A DNA stretch of 64,000 nucleotides, from assembly GCA_043809745.1 (NCBI GenBank), contig JBDROU010000073.1:7969-71968 (forward strand), in the 5' to 3' direction. Below the pieces are notes generated by a model. That model had not been told where the DNA came from, searched no databases, and saw nothing but the letters and a program-made list of their open reading frames with translations. Source of the stretch: a bacterium (GTDB lineage: Bacteria > Elusimicrobiota > JBDRMW01 > JBDROU01). The translations under genes were made by a program, and so were the position numbers. Positions 37,366-48,546 of this stretch are shown one piece after another (position 1 is the first letter of the stretch; the number at the start of each line of letters is the position of its first letter).

Positions 37366-37699
37366 GGAGTTTAATGGTCTGTGTATAAGTCGAGGTCGGA
37401 GTTGGGAGATCATGTTTGGTTTGACATTAAAGTGAGCATAACCTGTCCTGAATATAGTCTAAGGGGAGAGGTGCCTCCTTTGATTGAAAAGAAAAATAAT
37501 TTTTAATTTGCCAAAAATAAAGATGTCAAAATAAAGCTTAACCTTTAATTGATAAATTTGCTAGAATCTTCTACAAAATCAGCCAGTGTTAAGTTCTTAT
37601 TTTCTGGCATAACCGCATAGAAAGAAAAAAACAAATATGTATGCCCGAAATGCGGTCAGTAAATTGGAATGACAAAATGAAGTTTTAAAAGGGGGTAAA

Positions 37700-40090
37700 A
37701 TGCCTGCAATACGAGAGAGAAAAGTAACATCAAGCGCATCAAAAGAGCTTTTAGAGCGTATAAATCGGTACTGGATGGCTGCTAATTATTTGTCAGTAGG
37801 TCAGATTTATCTCATGGATAATCCCTTGCTCGCAGAAGAGCTGAAAAAGGAACATATAAAGCCTAAACTGCTTGGGCATTGGGGCACAACACCGGGTCTT
37901 AACTTTATATATGTTCATCTAAATAGAATTATAAAAGAGGAGGATTTAAATGTACTTTATTTAACAGGTCCTGGTCATGGCGGCCCTGCTCTTGTTGCGA
38001 ATACATATCTGGAAGGGACATACAGTGAATTTTATCCTGAGATCTCCCAGGACGCTGAAGGCATGAGAAAACTCTTCAAGCAGTTCTCTTTTCCCGGAGG
38101 TATTTCAAGCCATGTAGGACCTGAAACACCGGGGTCCATACACGAAGGAGGGGAACTCGGTTACGCGCTGTCACATGCATTTGGGGCCGCGTTTGATAAT
38201 CCCGATCTGATCGTTGCTTGTGTTATAGGTGACGGGGAAGCTGAGACAGGCCCTCTTGCCACCGCCTGGCATTCAAATAAATTCTTGAACCCGATTAATG
38301 ATGGAGCGGTACTGCCGATACTGCACCTTAACGGCTATAAAATAGCAAATCCAACCATTCTTGCAAGAATAAGCGGCGAAGAACTGGAGTCTTTATTCAA
38401 GGGATATGGGTATAAACCGTATTTTGTTGAAGGTTCAGACCCTCAAGAGATGCACAAGCGTATGTTTGAGACTATGGATATGGTTGTGGATGATATAAAA
38501 ACAATTCAAAACAATGCCCGTACAAAGGGGTTTCAAGGAAGACCCCGGTGGCCGATGATTGTTCTTAGGACCCCGAAGGGATGGACAGGACCGAAAGAAG
38601 TAGACGGAAAAAAAACAGAGGGTTATTGGAGAAGTCATCAGGTGCCTTTTGCGGAGTTGGATACTAATCCAAATCATCTCAGACTTCTGGAAGATTGGTT
38701 GAAGAGCTATAAGCCCGAAGAGCTATTCGACGCACAGGGTGCTCTGCGCACGGAATTGGCAGAGCTTGCTCCAACAGGTATTCGACGGATGGGTGCAAAT
38801 CCCCACGCAAATGGAGGTGCGTTATTAAAGGATTTGAGACTACCTGATTTCCGTACGTATGCTGTTGAATTTACTCAGCCAGGTTCGGTTCTGAAAGAAG
38901 CGCCTCGTGTTATGGGGGGGTTCTTGAGGGATGTGATGAAAATGAACAGCAAGCAGAAAAACTTTCGTGTGGTTGGACCGGATGAAGTTAATTCAAATAG
39001 GCTGGGAGCTTTGTTCGAAGTTACCAACAGAACGTGGCTGGGTGAGATTCTCCCTGAGGATGACCATCTAGCACCTGACGGGCGGGTGATGGAGATCTTA
39101 AGCGAGCATACCTGCCAGGGTTGGCTTGAAGGATATATTCTTACGGGCAGGCACGGTTTATTCACTTCATATGAAGCTTTTATTCATATAATCGATTCGA
39201 TGTTTAATCAACATGCAAAATGGCTTAAAATAACCCGTAATGAAATTCCCTGGAGAAGACCGTTAGCTTCTTTGAATATACTTCTCTCCTCTCATGTATG
39301 GCATCAGGATCACAACGGCTTCAGCCATCAGGATCCCGGATTTATTGATCATGTGGTAAATAAGAAAGCGGAAGTTGTGCGCGTGTACTTTCCGCCTGAT
39401 GCAAATACGCTGCTTTCAGTCACCGACCATTGTCTTCGCAGCAAACATTATGTGAATGTTATTGTTACCGGTAAAAAGGAGCAGCCGCAATGGCTTTCAA
39501 TGGAAGATGCCATTAAGCACTGCACATCGGGTTTAAGTATCTGGGAATGGGCTAGCAACGATAAGGGATCGGAACCCGATGTGGTTATGGCATGCTGTGG
39601 CGATGTGCCGACGCTTGAGGTGCTGGCGGCTGTTAAGATACTGATGGCATATGATCCGGAACTTAAGATTCGTGTAGTTAATGTGGTTGATCTCATGACA
39701 CTGCAGCCTAAATATACGCATCCTCACGGTTTTTCAGATAAAGATTTTGATATCATCTTTACTAAAGATAAACCGATTATATTCGCTTATCACGGATATC
39801 CGACGCTTATTCACCGGCTTACCTACAAAAGAACAAATTACAGAAATTTACATGTGAGGGGTTACAAAGAAGAAGGTACGATTACAACATTTTTTGATAT
39901 GCTTGTAAGGAATGATCTGGATCGCTTTCATTTAGTGGGTGATGTGGTTGATCGTGTTCCCAAATTGGGATCTAAGGCAGCATACATTAAACAAGCAATT
40001 CGTGAAAAGTTGATCGAACACAAAGAATATATAAGAAAACACGGTGAGGATATGCCTGAGATCCTTAATTGGAAGTGGAACAATAAGTAA
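37700..40090 (+). CDS. xfp: Xylulose-5-phosphate/fructose-6-phosphate phosphoketolase
   Basis: 796 aa. Diagnostic N-terminal [16 protein letters not shown]-binding GDGE region. RBS AAAGGGGG. Confidence 0.9.
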   Translation: MPAIRERKVTSSASKELLERINRYWMAANYLSVGQIYLMDNPLLAEELKKEHIKPKLLGHWGTTPGLNFIYVHLNRIIKEEDLNVLYLTGPGHGGPALVANTYLEGTYSEFYPEISQDAEGMRKLFKQFSFPGGISSHVGPETPGSIHEGGELGYALSHAFGAAFDNPDLIVACVIGDGEAETGPLATAWHSNKFLNPINDGAVLPILHLNGYKIANPTILARISGEELESLFKGYGYKPYFVEGSDPQEMHKRMFETMDMVVDDIKTIQNNARTKGFQGRPRWPMIVLRTPKGWTGPKEVDGKKTEGYWRSHQVPFAELDTNPNHLRLLEDWLKSYKPEELFDAQGALRTELAELAPTGIRRMGANPHANGGALLKDLRLPDFRTYAVEFTQPGSVLKEAPRVMGGFLRDVMKMNSKQKNFRVVGPDEVNSNRLGALFEVTNRTWLGEILPEDDHLAPDGRVMEILSEHTCQGWLEGYILTGRHGLFTSYEAFIHIIDSMFNQHAKWLKITRNEIPWRRPLASLNILLSSHVWHQDHNGFSHQDPGFIDHVVNKKAEVVRVYFPPDANTLLSVTDHCLRSKHYVNVIVTGKKEQPQWLSMEDAIKHCTSGLSIWEWASNDKGSEPDVVMACCGDVPTLEVLAAVKILMAYDPELKIRVVNVVDLMTLQPKYTHPHGFSDKDFDIIFTKDKPIIFAYHGYPTLIHRLTYKRTNYRNLHVRGYKEEGTITTFFDMLVRNDLDRFHLVGDVVDRVPKLGSKAAYIKQAIREKLIEHKEYIRKHGEDMPEILNWKWNNK

Positions 40091-40197
40091 TAGGTCAAAA
40101 GCATTTCTTACGGGGCTGTAAATGAATAATATACAAGAAAGTATGACAGAACTAAGTATAGAACCAATTGATTATATTTCTAAGGAATAAAAATTTT

Positions 40198-42366
40198 ATG
40201 AGCGAGAAACGGTTTGGAGCATTTGAAGGCGTATTTACACCGACGATTTTAAGCATACTCGGCGTTATCATGTATTTGCGCCTGGGGTGGGTGGTAGGCA
40301 ATGTCGGACTGCTAATGGCAGTTGTCATTATATGTCTGAGCAACGTAATAACAATAGCAACCGGTCTTTCGATATCGAGCATTGTCACCAATATAAATGT
40401 TGGGGCTGGCGGCGCGTATTCGGTTATTTCAAAATCATTCGGGTTGTCGCTTGGCGGTGCTGTTGGAATACCGCTTTATATTGCGCAGGCGGTCTCTGTT
40501 GCGTTTTATATTACCGGTTTTGCAGAATGTTGGGCGTGGGTGTTCCCGGCTCACAATATGTTGTTTGTATCACTTACACTTTGGATAATTTTGCTTGTTG
40601 TTACCTATGTAAGTGCGCGGATTGCTTTTCGGATGCAGTATGCTATTATGGCTATCATTGTGCTGTCGCTGGTTTCCATATTTCTCGGGAAACCTGTTGC
40701 CGCTGCAGTTGTATCTGTACATACTGAGCCGGTAGCTCGGTTGGGCTTCTGGGTAGTATTTGCTGTGTTCTTTCCAGCGGTTACCGGGATACTTGCGGGT
40801 ACGAGCATGTCCGGTGAATTGGAAAAGCCCGAACGGGCGATACCCATTGGGACGCTTTCTGCGATTTTCTTAAGTTTTCTTATATATATTGCGGTGGCAT
40901 ACTGGTTTTCTGCGGTTGGGACCCAACAAGAACTCATTGCAAATACGAATATAGTTGTTGAAAAAAGCAGATGGCAGATTATAGTCGTTCTGGGTATAAT
41001 GGGTGCGACCCTCTCTTCCGCGCTTTCAATGTTTGTTGCTTCACCCCGTACGCTCCTGGCGCTTGGGAAGAACAGAACGGTGCCGTTTTGGCGGGGATTC
41101 GCGCATGTCAATAAGCGTGGCGAGCCATCGATAAGTATCATTGTTACTGCGTTGATTGCAGCTGGAACGTTGTTTCTGGGTACTCTGGATACGATAGCCA
41201 CGTTTCTGACCATGATTTTTTTGGTGACGTATGGGCTTATCAATGTGGCAGTTTTAGTTGAGCAGAGTATTGGTATAGTAAGCTTTCGGCCGTCGTTGAG
41301 ATTTCCTGTGCTGACGCCTTTTGTAGGGTTTGTCGGCTGTCTGCTAGTAATGTTTCTGATTAACTGGAAAGCAAGCGTGATAGCGTGCGCTGTGATAGCA
41401 GCAATATATATGATCTTAATCCAAAAAGAATCGGGCCGATACTGGCCGGATATTCGGAAAGGTTTTTTCATCCATGTTGCGGAGCAGTCTCTTAAAGCAG
41501 CAGATCGGTTTCCATATTACCCGAAGATTTGGAAGCCGAATGTGCTCATTCCGGTGAAGAAGGTTCGCCTCTGGCCGGGTCTTATGAACTTGATTAACGG
41601 ATTATGCCTACCATCAGGAAGAGTCACATTTTTCACCATAGTTGAGAAAAAATCGAATGGACAAATGTTGAATGGCACTGAATCAAAAATGCGGAGTAAC
41701 GGACCGGTTGTCGGAGATGTGGAAGACGACTTAAAGTCTGTAAGCGTGTCGCTTCAGGAGAAAGGGCTTTTGGTCTCTCATGCTGTGGTTGAATCACCCA
41801 GATTTATTGACGGTTTTCAGGCGGTTGTTCAAAGCCTTCGAGGTTCGTTTTTCCCGCCGAATGTACTTTTTGTCAAAGCCGGTTCTACGTCGTCAAGCGA
41901 TGCGGAGCTTGAGGAAATTTTTAAGCGGGTGAAACAGATGAATATGGGCATCATCATCTTTAAATCGCATCCTGAGAAAGGATTCGGGGAACAGCGTGTC
42001 ATCAATGTGTGGATACGCACGTTAAGCGGTAATGTCGGTCTCTCAATATTGGCGGCGTTACAGCTTGAGAGAAACTGGGATGGTGTACTTCGCCTCTCCC
42101 ACGCGATCTGTGAGGAAAAGAGCAGGAGTAGTGTCTATGAATACCTTTCTCGTTTGAAGGAAAGCTTCCGACTTCCAAAGGACACTGAAATACAGATTCT
42201 TGTCGGTTCGTTTGAGGAGGCATTCAAGCACGTAGCTCCTGCGGACGTAAATATATTTGGGCTTAGCGATGACATACGCCTTGCTTTCGTGAGATCTATT
42301 TCTGAAAAGATTGACACCGCTGCCATATTTGTAAAAGATTCAAAACAAGAAAGCATCAATGCATAG
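40198..42366 (+). CDS. SLC12-like cation:chloride cotransporter homologue (APC superfamily permease with large cytoplasmic C-terminal domain)
   Basis: N-terminus GAFEGVFTPTILSILGVIMYLRLGWVVG closely resembles the SLC12 TM1 signature. 12 TM helices plus a roughly 250-aa soluble tail. RBS AAGGA places the ATG at 40198. Confidence 0.55.
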   Translation: MSEKRFGAFEGVFTPTILSILGVIMYLRLGWVVGNVGLLMAVVIICLSNVITIATGLSISSIVTNINVGAGGAYSVISKSFGLSLGGAVGIPLYIAQAVSVAFYITGFAECWAWVFPAHNMLFVSLTLWIILLVVTYVSARIAFRMQYAIMAIIVLSLVSIFLGKPVAAAVVSVHTEPVARLGFWVVFAVFFPAVTGILAGTSMSGELEKPERAIPIGTLSAIFLSFLIYIAVAYWFSAVGTQQELIANTNIVVEKSRWQIIVVLGIMGATLSSALSMFVASPRTLLALGKNRTVPFWRGFAHVNKRGEPSISIIVTALIAAGTLFLGTLDTIATFLTMIFLVTYGLINVAVLVEQSIGIVSFRPSLRFPVLTPFVGFVGCLLVMFLINWKASVIACAVIAAIYMILIQKESGRYWPDIRKGFFIHVAEQSLKAADRFPYYPKIWKPNVLIPVKKVRLWPGLMNLINGLCLPSGRVTFFTIVEKKSNGQMLNGTESKMRSNGPVVGDVEDDLKSVSVSLQEKGLLVSHAVVESPRFIDGFQAVVQSLRGSFFPPNVLFVKAGSTSSSDAELEEIFKRVKQMNMGIIIFKSHPEKGFGEQRVINVWIRTLSGNVGLSILAALQLERNWDGVLRLSHAICEEKSRSSVYEYLSRLKESFRLPKDTEIQILVGSFEEAFKHVAPADVNIFGLSDDIRLAFVRSISEKIDTAAIFVKDSKQESINA

Positions 42367-42431
42367 AAATTATATAAAGAGAGAAGTGGGAAAGATCTCA
42401 CTCGTAATTAAAAATTTTCTGGAGGGATTCT

Positions 42432-43307
42432 ATGGAACCAAATAATTTTATACAACTTGTTAAAAAAATGCTTTACCTTACCATTATTACAATTAATAAT
42501 ACGCACGTTACAGTTCTGTCTCTTTTCCTTTTTATATTTCTTTTGTTCTTTTTGATTCTCGCAGCAAATTTTATTTCTAAGGTCGTTATGAAAAAGGTGC
42601 TCTCAAGATTCATGTTCGATAAGAGCGTCAACTATGCCATAAGCCGTATAATATATTATATGCTTGTGTTTGCAAGCGTGGTGTTTGCATTCCAATTTAT
42701 AGGTATAGATTTCAGCGGGTTGGTTGTGGTTTTTGGGTTTCTGTCTGTTGGTATCGGTTTCGGTCTTCAAAATATTACTTCGAATTTTGTTTCCGGAATC
42801 ATATTGCTTTTGGAAAGGCCTGTGAAAATTGGAGACCGTGTAAGTGTGGGTACTAATGAAGGGGATGTTTTAGAGATTAATATGAGGTCTACTATTATTA
42901 GGTCTCTTGAAAATATATCAATTATTGTGCCAAATTCAGATTTGATTGCTTCACCTGTAATTAACTGGTCGCACGGCGACAAAAAAGTAAGGCTTGGGAT
43001 AAATGTGGGCATTTCTTATCAAAGCGATGTTGCAAAAGCTATGAATGTGTTGCTGGAAGTCGCGAAAAATAATAAAGATGTGCTCAAAAGTCCTGAACCG
43101 TTCGTGCGGTTTATGGAATTCGGCGATTCCTCGTTAAATATGCTTCTTGGAGCTTGGATAGATGATCCAAAAGATTTTTACAGCGTGCGTTCAGATTTGA
43201 ACTGTGCTATTGTAGAGGAGTTTAGAAAACACAAAATTGAAATACCGTTCCCGCAACGGGATGTGAACTTCCGTTATCCGATACCGGCTTCATCACCCAA
43301 ACTATAA
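42432..43307 (+). CDS. Small-conductance mechanosensitive channel (MscS family)
   Basis: Three TM helices followed by the conserved MscS beta domain (VKIGDRVSVG..GDVLEINMRSTIIRSLENISIIVPNSDL). Confidence 0.75.
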   Translation: MEPNNFIQLVKKMLYLTIITINNTHVTVLSLFLFIFLLFFLILAANFISKVVMKKVLSRFMFDKSVNYAISRIIYYMLVFASVVFAFQFIGIDFSGLVVVFGFLSVGIGFGLQNITSNFVSGIILLLERPVKIGDRVSVGTNEGDVLEINMRSTIIRSLENISIIVPNSDLIASPVINWSHGDKKVRLGINVGISYQSDVAKAMNVLLEVAKNNKDVLKSPEPFVRFMEFGDSSLNMLLGAWIDDPKDFYSVRSDLNCAIVEEFRKHKIEIPFPQRDVNFRYPIPASSPKL

Positions 43308-43368
43308 GGATGCTTAAGCAGCTTTATGGTGTAATGCAGATCAGTAATATCTATGCGTTTTTTTTCGG

Positions 43369-43602
43369 TTACTGTCCTTGCTGTGTTTGATCGTGAACCA
43401 AACCTTTTTTGCGGTGTCTGTGTAGAAACGTAAGCAAAGCGCCCACAATAATTCCAATTAAGAATGAACTAAAAAGAATTATCGCCCTGCTGGTTTCAAA
43501 TGACCACAAAAGTAATTTTATTTCTACGACTTCGTAGTTTTGAGTAGTAAAAATAACTAAAAGAAGAAGCAAAAAAAGTGTAATAATTAATTTCCAATAC
43601 AT
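43369..43602 (-). CDS. Small two-TM membrane protein, unknown function
   Basis: 77-aa ORF with two hydrophobic helices immediately downstream of corA on the same strand. Weak evidence. Confidence 0.3.
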   Translation of the reverse strand: MYWKLIITLFLLLLLVIFTTQNYEVVEIKLLLWSFETSRAIILFSSFLIGIIVGALLTFLHRHRKKGLVHDQTQQGQ

Positions 43603-43614
43603 GATTACCTCCGA

Positions 43615-44679
43615 TTACAGCCATTTTTTCTTTCTGAAAAATAAGATCAATGCCATTCCAATTCCCAAAAACAGGATCCAAACAGCGATATAACCGTATT
43701 CCCATTCCAGTTCTGGCATATATTTAAAATTCATGCCGTAAATACCTGCAATGAAAGTGAGTGGAATGAAAATTGTGGCAATGATTGTTAGTACTTTCAT
43801 AATTTCGTTCATTCTGTTGCTGACACTTGATAGATAGATGTCAATCATCCCGGAAACCATATCGCGGTGGGTTTCGATCGTATCAAGTATTTGGATTGTA
43901 TGTTCGTATAAATCTCTGATATATAGCTTAGTTGCTTTTTTTATGAGTGTGGAATCTGAACGCTCTAATTTTACGACTACCTCCCGCAAAGGCCATATGG
44001 ATTTTCGAAGCATGATCAAATCATGTTTAATAGTATAAATTTTATTTAACGTTCGGTGCGTTGGGTTCGATAAGAGTTCAATTTCGATTTCTTCAATCCC
44101 GTCATTAAGTTCTTCCAAGACCACAAAATAGTAGTCGATGATTATATCAACAAGCGAATAGAGAAGGTAGTCTGCTTCCAATTTTCTTGTTCTCCATTTT
44201 GAATTCTTGATGCGCTCCCGAATGGGGGCAAAGAGGTCGTCTATGTGCTCCTTAAAAGAAAAGACGAGATTTTTTCCCAGCAGCAAACTGATTTGTTGAG
44301 AGTTTAGTTCATGGGTATCTTTGTTGTAAGAAAAAGCAGCTAATACAATAAAGAGATACTTTTCAAGGTCATCAAATTTAGGGCGATGGGAAGTATTGTG
44401 TATGTCTTCCAAAATAAGGGGATGCAGTTCGAGGTTTTGCCCGAGTTTCTCTAAAACGGGAACAGTATTAAGATTTTCAATATTTATCCAGGTGGTGGTA
44501 GTGGATTTGAGAAGCGGAAAACTTTCTTCGATTGTGCCAATTTCTTCATCTGTGAATTTTTTTTCATCAAAATCAACAACAGTGATTCGAGAAGATTCAG
44601 CTTTTTTTTCAATCGCAGGCATAAGCGTGCCTGGCTCGAGTCCTGCTTTTTTTGTGAATTTATTAAAAAATAATTTCAT
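43615..44679 (-). CDS. corA: CorA-family magnesium/cobalt transporter
   Basis: 354 aa. Two C-terminal TM helices with the GMN motif (YGMNFKYMPEL). Acidic N-terminal cytoplasmic domain. Confidence 0.85.
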   Translation of the reverse strand: MKLFFNKFTKKAGLEPGTLMPAIEKKAESSRITVVDFDEKKFTDEEIGTIEESFPLLKSTTTTWINIENLNTVPVLEKLGQNLELHPLILEDIHNTSHRPKFDDLEKYLFIVLAAFSYNKDTHELNSQQISLLLGKNLVFSFKEHIDDLFAPIRERIKNSKWRTRKLEADYLLYSLVDIIIDYYFVVLEELNDGIEEIEIELLSNPTHRTLNKIYTIKHDLIMLRKSIWPLREVVVKLERSDSTLIKKATKLYIRDLYEHTIQILDTIETHRDMVSGMIDIYLSSVSNRMNEIMKVLTIIATIFIPLTFIAGIYGMNFKYMPELEWEYGYIAVWILFLGIGMALILFFRKKKWL

Positions 44680-45008
44680 TAAAATACTATTAGCAGATAG
44701 TTAGAAATAACAAATAAACATACGGATTTAATCGCATACTTATACCCATGTTTTATTTTGATAAAAATTAGAGTACATTATTTATTGAGAAAGATCAAGT
44801 ATTTTTAATTTCTATAGAGTGCATTTTTTATGCTTGAAAACAGCGCAAATTAATAGATATAATAGGGTGCCTCTAAAATAATAAAATTGAGTATTTTTAT
44901 AGTAATATTGAAAATAAATTTACTGGTATTTTGTCGAAAAATAAAGAAAATAAGATATGCATTTTAATTACTTAAACAACGGTATATTCGTATGAGAAGG
45001 ATAGGTGT

Positions 45009-45677
45009 ATGCGTATTTTAGTTGTTGAAGATGAAAAAAAGATAGCGAGTTTTATTCAACGCGGTTTGAAGGAACATCACTATGCTGTAGATATCGCTTA
45101 TAATGGCGAGAGAGCTTCCGAACTAATAGATCTAAATTCGTATGATTTAATGCTTCTAGACCTCATGCTGCCCGATAAAGATGGAGTTGCTTTCTGCAAA
45201 GAGATCAGAAATAAAAAAATCAACATTCCTATTCTAATGCTTACCGCGCGTGATGCGGTTAAAGACAAAGTTTTGGGTTTAAACGCTGGAGCCGATGATT
45301 ACTTAACTAAACCGTTTGCGTTTGAGGAGCTGCTTGCCCGTATTCGCTCTCTGTTAAGAAGGAAAGAGGATGAAAAAGGAACGGTTATAAAGGTGCATGA
45401 TCTGGAGTTGGATCGGCTTACCCATGGCGTTATGCGGGGAGGGAAAAAAATTGAGTTGACCAGCAAGGAGTATTCACTGCTTGAATACCTTATGATTCAT
45501 AAGAATCAGGTTGTTACCAGGACTATGGTATCAGAACATGTGTGGAATGAGGATTTCGATACATTTACAAACGTAATAGATGTTTATATAACACATTTGC
45601 GGAATAAAATTGATAAGGGATTTGAAAAAGCATTAATACATACAGTACGTGGAAGCGGGTATGTTATTAAAGGTTAA
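45009..45677 (+). CDS. OmpR-family response regulator (receiver + winged-helix DNA-binding)
   Basis: MRILVVEDE, phospho-acceptor LMLLDLMLP. C-terminal wHTH (LTSKEYSLLEYL..VVTRT..VW..R..VDVYITHLRNKID..IHTVRGSGY). Confidence 0.85.
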   Translation: MRILVVEDEKKIASFIQRGLKEHHYAVDIAYNGERASELIDLNSYDLMLLDLMLPDKDGVAFCKEIRNKKINIPILMLTARDAVKDKVLGLNAGADDYLTKPFAFEELLARIRSLLRRKEDEKGTVIKVHDLELDRLTHGVMRGGKKIELTSKEYSLLEYLMIHKNQVVTRTMVSEHVWNEDFDTFTNVIDVYITHLRNKIDKGFEKALIHTVRGSGYVIKG

Positions 45678-45685
45678 GTGTGTTT

Positions 45686-47164
45686 ATGTTTAATTCAATT
45701 AAGTTCAAAATTTCGGTTCTTTATACTTTTTTATTGGGCATAATTTTATTGATTTTTAGCGGCATATTATATTTTTCTCTTTATTATACACTTTACGAAG
45801 AGATTGATGCTGCGCTGAAAATAAAAGTTTACGAAATTAATAAAATATTTGATTCTTATATCAATATAATAGGTAATGATCAGGAAGCAAAAGATTTTAT
45901 TTTCAAGCGGACTATTCGGTTTGAAGGCAAACATCCCGAACAACAAAAGCTGCGGGCAGTCGAAAAAGAATGGCTCAGAATAGCTGATAAATATGATCTT
46001 AGACAGGATTATATTCTAATCTATAATGATCAGGGAGAACTGGTTGTTAATTCAACTAATATAGGGGACAGCATTTTCAAAATAGCAAACAGTAATTTAG
46101 AATTACTGTCGCACGATGATCAAATATTCAGTAATATTAATGTTAAAAAAAGAAAATACCGCGCTATTGATACCGTATTATATACTGCTGATGGGGAAAG
46201 ATATATTATTAGAATAGCGACCTCGCTAAAACCGACCATGAGCATACTAGGGAATAGAGTATTTTTTATTATATTAACTATACCGATTATACTGCTGTTA
46301 TCAAGTTTTTTTGGTTTAGTTATTGCTAAGAGAATACTTACCCCTGTAATGGAAATAACTAATGCCGCGCGCAGGATTACCCATGAAGATTTTTCAGCGA
46401 GAGTCAAAGATAAAAATATCGATGTTGAGATGAAATATCTCGTTGATTCATTTAATGAAATGATTTCTCGGCTTGAGCAGTCTTTTGAATATGTTGCGGA
46501 ATTTAGTTCCCATGTCGCTCATGAACTCAAAACCCCGCTAGCAATAATGAGGGGTGAATCTGAGATGGTATTGCAGAAAGACAGGGATGTTGAGGAATAC
46601 AAAAGAGTAATAAACGTATCTTTGGAAGAAATTAAGAGAATGCTTAAAACTATTGATGATCTGTTGTTGCTTACCAGATTGGAGTGCAGTCCAGAATATT
46701 TTAGTTTCGAACGGTTCAATTTAGCATCCTTTGTGAGTGAACTGTCTGAACAAATCAAATTAGTTGCGGCAGATAAAAACATAACGGTTTCATATGTCTC
46801 AGAAAGTGATTCGATATATATTAATGGAGATAGGCATCATATAAGGCGGATGTTGTTGAATTTGCTGCATAATGCAGTAAAGTTCACTTTATCAGGAGGG
46901 TCTATTGTTGTTGTCTTATCGCAAGATAATGCGGGTGCTGTTATTTCAATTAAGGATTCAGGAATTGGGATTGCGAAAAAAGATCTTAACAAAATCTTTA
47001 ATAAATTTTTTCATATTAATCGGACCGGCAATGAACTTGAGCCGGGTAATGGATTGGGTTTAAGTATCGCTGATACTATCGTAAAAATTCATAGAGGACG
47101 AATCGATGTTCAAAGTGAAATTCAAAAAGGCTCGACCTTCACCGTTTATCTTCCAAAAGCATAA
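45686..47164 (+). CDS. Sensor histidine kinase (two TM helices, periplasmic sensor, HisKA, HATPase_c)
   Basis: H-box SHVAHELKTPLAI. N box LLHNAVKFT. G boxes GIGIA and GNGLGLSIA. ATG at 45686, 9 nt after the regulator's stop. Confidence 0.8.
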   Translation: MFNSIKFKISVLYTFLLGIILLIFSGILYFSLYYTLYEEIDAALKIKVYEINKIFDSYINIIGNDQEAKDFIFKRTIRFEGKHPEQQKLRAVEKEWLRIADKYDLRQDYILIYNDQGELVVNSTNIGDSIFKIANSNLELLSHDDQIFSNINVKKRKYRAIDTVLYTADGERYIIRIATSLKPTMSILGNRVFFIILTIPIILLLSSFFGLVIAKRILTPVMEITNAARRITHEDFSARVKDKNIDVEMKYLVDSFNEMISRLEQSFEYVAEFSSHVAHELKTPLAIMRGESEMVLQKDRDVEEYKRVINVSLEEIKRMLKTIDDLLLLTRLECSPEYFSFERFNLASFVSELSEQIKLVAADKNITVSYVSESDSIYINGDRHHIRRMLLNLLHNAVKFTLSGGSIVVVLSQDNAGAVISIKDSGIGIAKKDLNKIFNKFFHINRTGNELEPGNGLGLSIADTIVKIHRGRIDVQSEIQKGSTFTVYLPKA

Positions 47165-47409
47165 TTTTGCAATCGCAGATCATTAAAATATTTTAATGTA
47201 AAAATAATCTTCCGCTCATGATTAACCTGCTACACTAATAAAGAAAATAGATTGTGTTAAGAAAAAACATTTTTCGTTGAAATAGATGAGAGATCTCATA
47301 GGTGAGTTGCGGTATAAATTTTATCAAACGAATAATCGTAAAAAACTCCTCTCTGTATTTGATAATGAAAAAACAATTTGAAACAGAGAAGGATTAAGGA
47401 GGATGAATC

Positions 47410-47745
47410 GTGAGTAAGTTACTTGCAACACTGCTGATGGCGGTAGTTTTGGGAATGTTTTCTTCATGTAATCCGGCCGAAGAAAATGAAGTGAACATTA
47501 AGGGCGATGAATCGATTGAACAGGAATCATACCCTCAGTGGGAATCGGAAATAGATTCCTCAGAAGCTGATGAGAAGGACAATGAATCGATTGATTATGA
47601 ATCTTACCCCGAGTCGGAATCGGAAATAGATTCCTCAGAAGAATACGATGAAGAGGGGGTTGCTTCCGAAGAGGAGTCCGAAGAAGACGAAGAAGACTTG
47701 TCTGCAGATGAAAAGATTGTGCCCCAGAAGGTTATTGAGAAATAA
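47410..47745 (+). CDS. Highly acidic putative lipoprotein with two 25-aa tandem repeats
   Basis: RBS AAGGAGG 8 nt before the GTG at 47410. Signal peptide ending in a lipobox-like FSSC. Mature protein more than 40% D/E/S. Repeat (E/N)ESI(E/D)..ESYP..ESEIDSSE appears twice. Confidence 0.5.
   Translation: MSKLLATLLMAVVLGMFSSCNPAEENEVNIKGDESIEQESYPQWESEIDSSEADEKDNESIDYESYPESESEIDSSEEYDEEGVASEEESEEDEEDLSADEKIVPQKVIEK
47506..47655 (+). repeat. Two tandem copies of a roughly 75-bp coding repeat inside the acidic lipoprotein gene
   Basis: gatgaatcgattgaa...gaatcataccctcagtgggaatcggaaatagattcctcagaag (47506-47566) against aatgaatcgattgat...gaatcttaccccgagtcggaatcggaaatagattcctcagaag (47581-47641); cores about 90% identical. 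Confidence 0.7.
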
Positions 47746-47970
47746 CCGACTCTATATTAAGAGATTTGCGTTGTGGTGAATTCAAACGAGTATATAATGC
47801 TTAATACTTCTATGGAAAACCTTTCATATTTTACAAATCATTGGATAAGCAGAACTTAAAATATGATCAGTAATGCAGAAGTTGTTTCAAATACTGGAGT
47901 GTGTTTACATGAGGATTAATTGGAGGTATCAGTTTGACATTTATAAAGATCTCATTCAAAAGGGGGCAAT

Positions 47971-48357
47971 GTGAAGACGATACTTATTATTGATGATGAA
48001 AAAAGAATCCGGGCTGTGTATAAAGCGATTTTGCTTAAAGAAGGATATCAAGTGCTTGAAGCATCCAATGCGGTGGAAGGGCGGGACAAGATTAAGCTTG
48101 GAGATGTTAATCTTGTGCTGCTTGATATAAAAATGGCAGAAATAGGAGGAAATGTTTTATATGAAGTCATCCGTTCTTTCCATAAAGAGGTAATGGTAAT
48201 AGTTTCAAGCGTTCTCCCAATCATTGAACAAATGAAAATGGTGCCGAGCGCGTTCGACTATCATGATAAAGCAGACGGTAATGATATACTCCTGCGCAAA
48301 GTGGAAAAAGCATTCTGCCAAGAAGATCCAAAATCATATAAATATGGGGGTACATGA
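47971..48357 (+). CDS. Orphan single-domain response regulator (receiver only)
   Basis: ILIIDDEKRIR, phospho-acceptor LVLLDIKMA. 128 aa. GTG start with RBS AAGGGGG. No cognate kinase adjacent. Confidence 0.6.
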   Translation: MKTILIIDDEKRIRAVYKAILLKEGYQVLEASNAVEGRDKIKLGDVNLVLLDIKMAEIGGNVLYEVIRSFHKEVMVIVSSVLPIIEQMKMVPSAFDYHDKADGNDILLRKVEKAFCQEDPKSYKYGGT

Positions 48358-48546
48358 GAAGTCAATGGTCATAATTTGAGAGATCTCTATGATCGTAGAT
48401 TATGATGATCAAAAATGCAGGGAGTAAATATTACTGGCATGTTCTTTTAATGTTTTTTGAAATCAGGAGGCGGTGAGTAATTTTAGATTAAGCAAGAGCT
48501 AAATATATACAGCAATAATTTTCGTACCTAAAAGGAGGTTTGTATT

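Noticed and set aside
40605-41471. 288-aa ORF on the minus strand, antisense to the SLC12-like transporter gene
   Set aside because: Lies entirely inside a well-supported + strand CDS. No RBS. Composition looks like mirrored hydrophobic codons. A typical antisense artefact.
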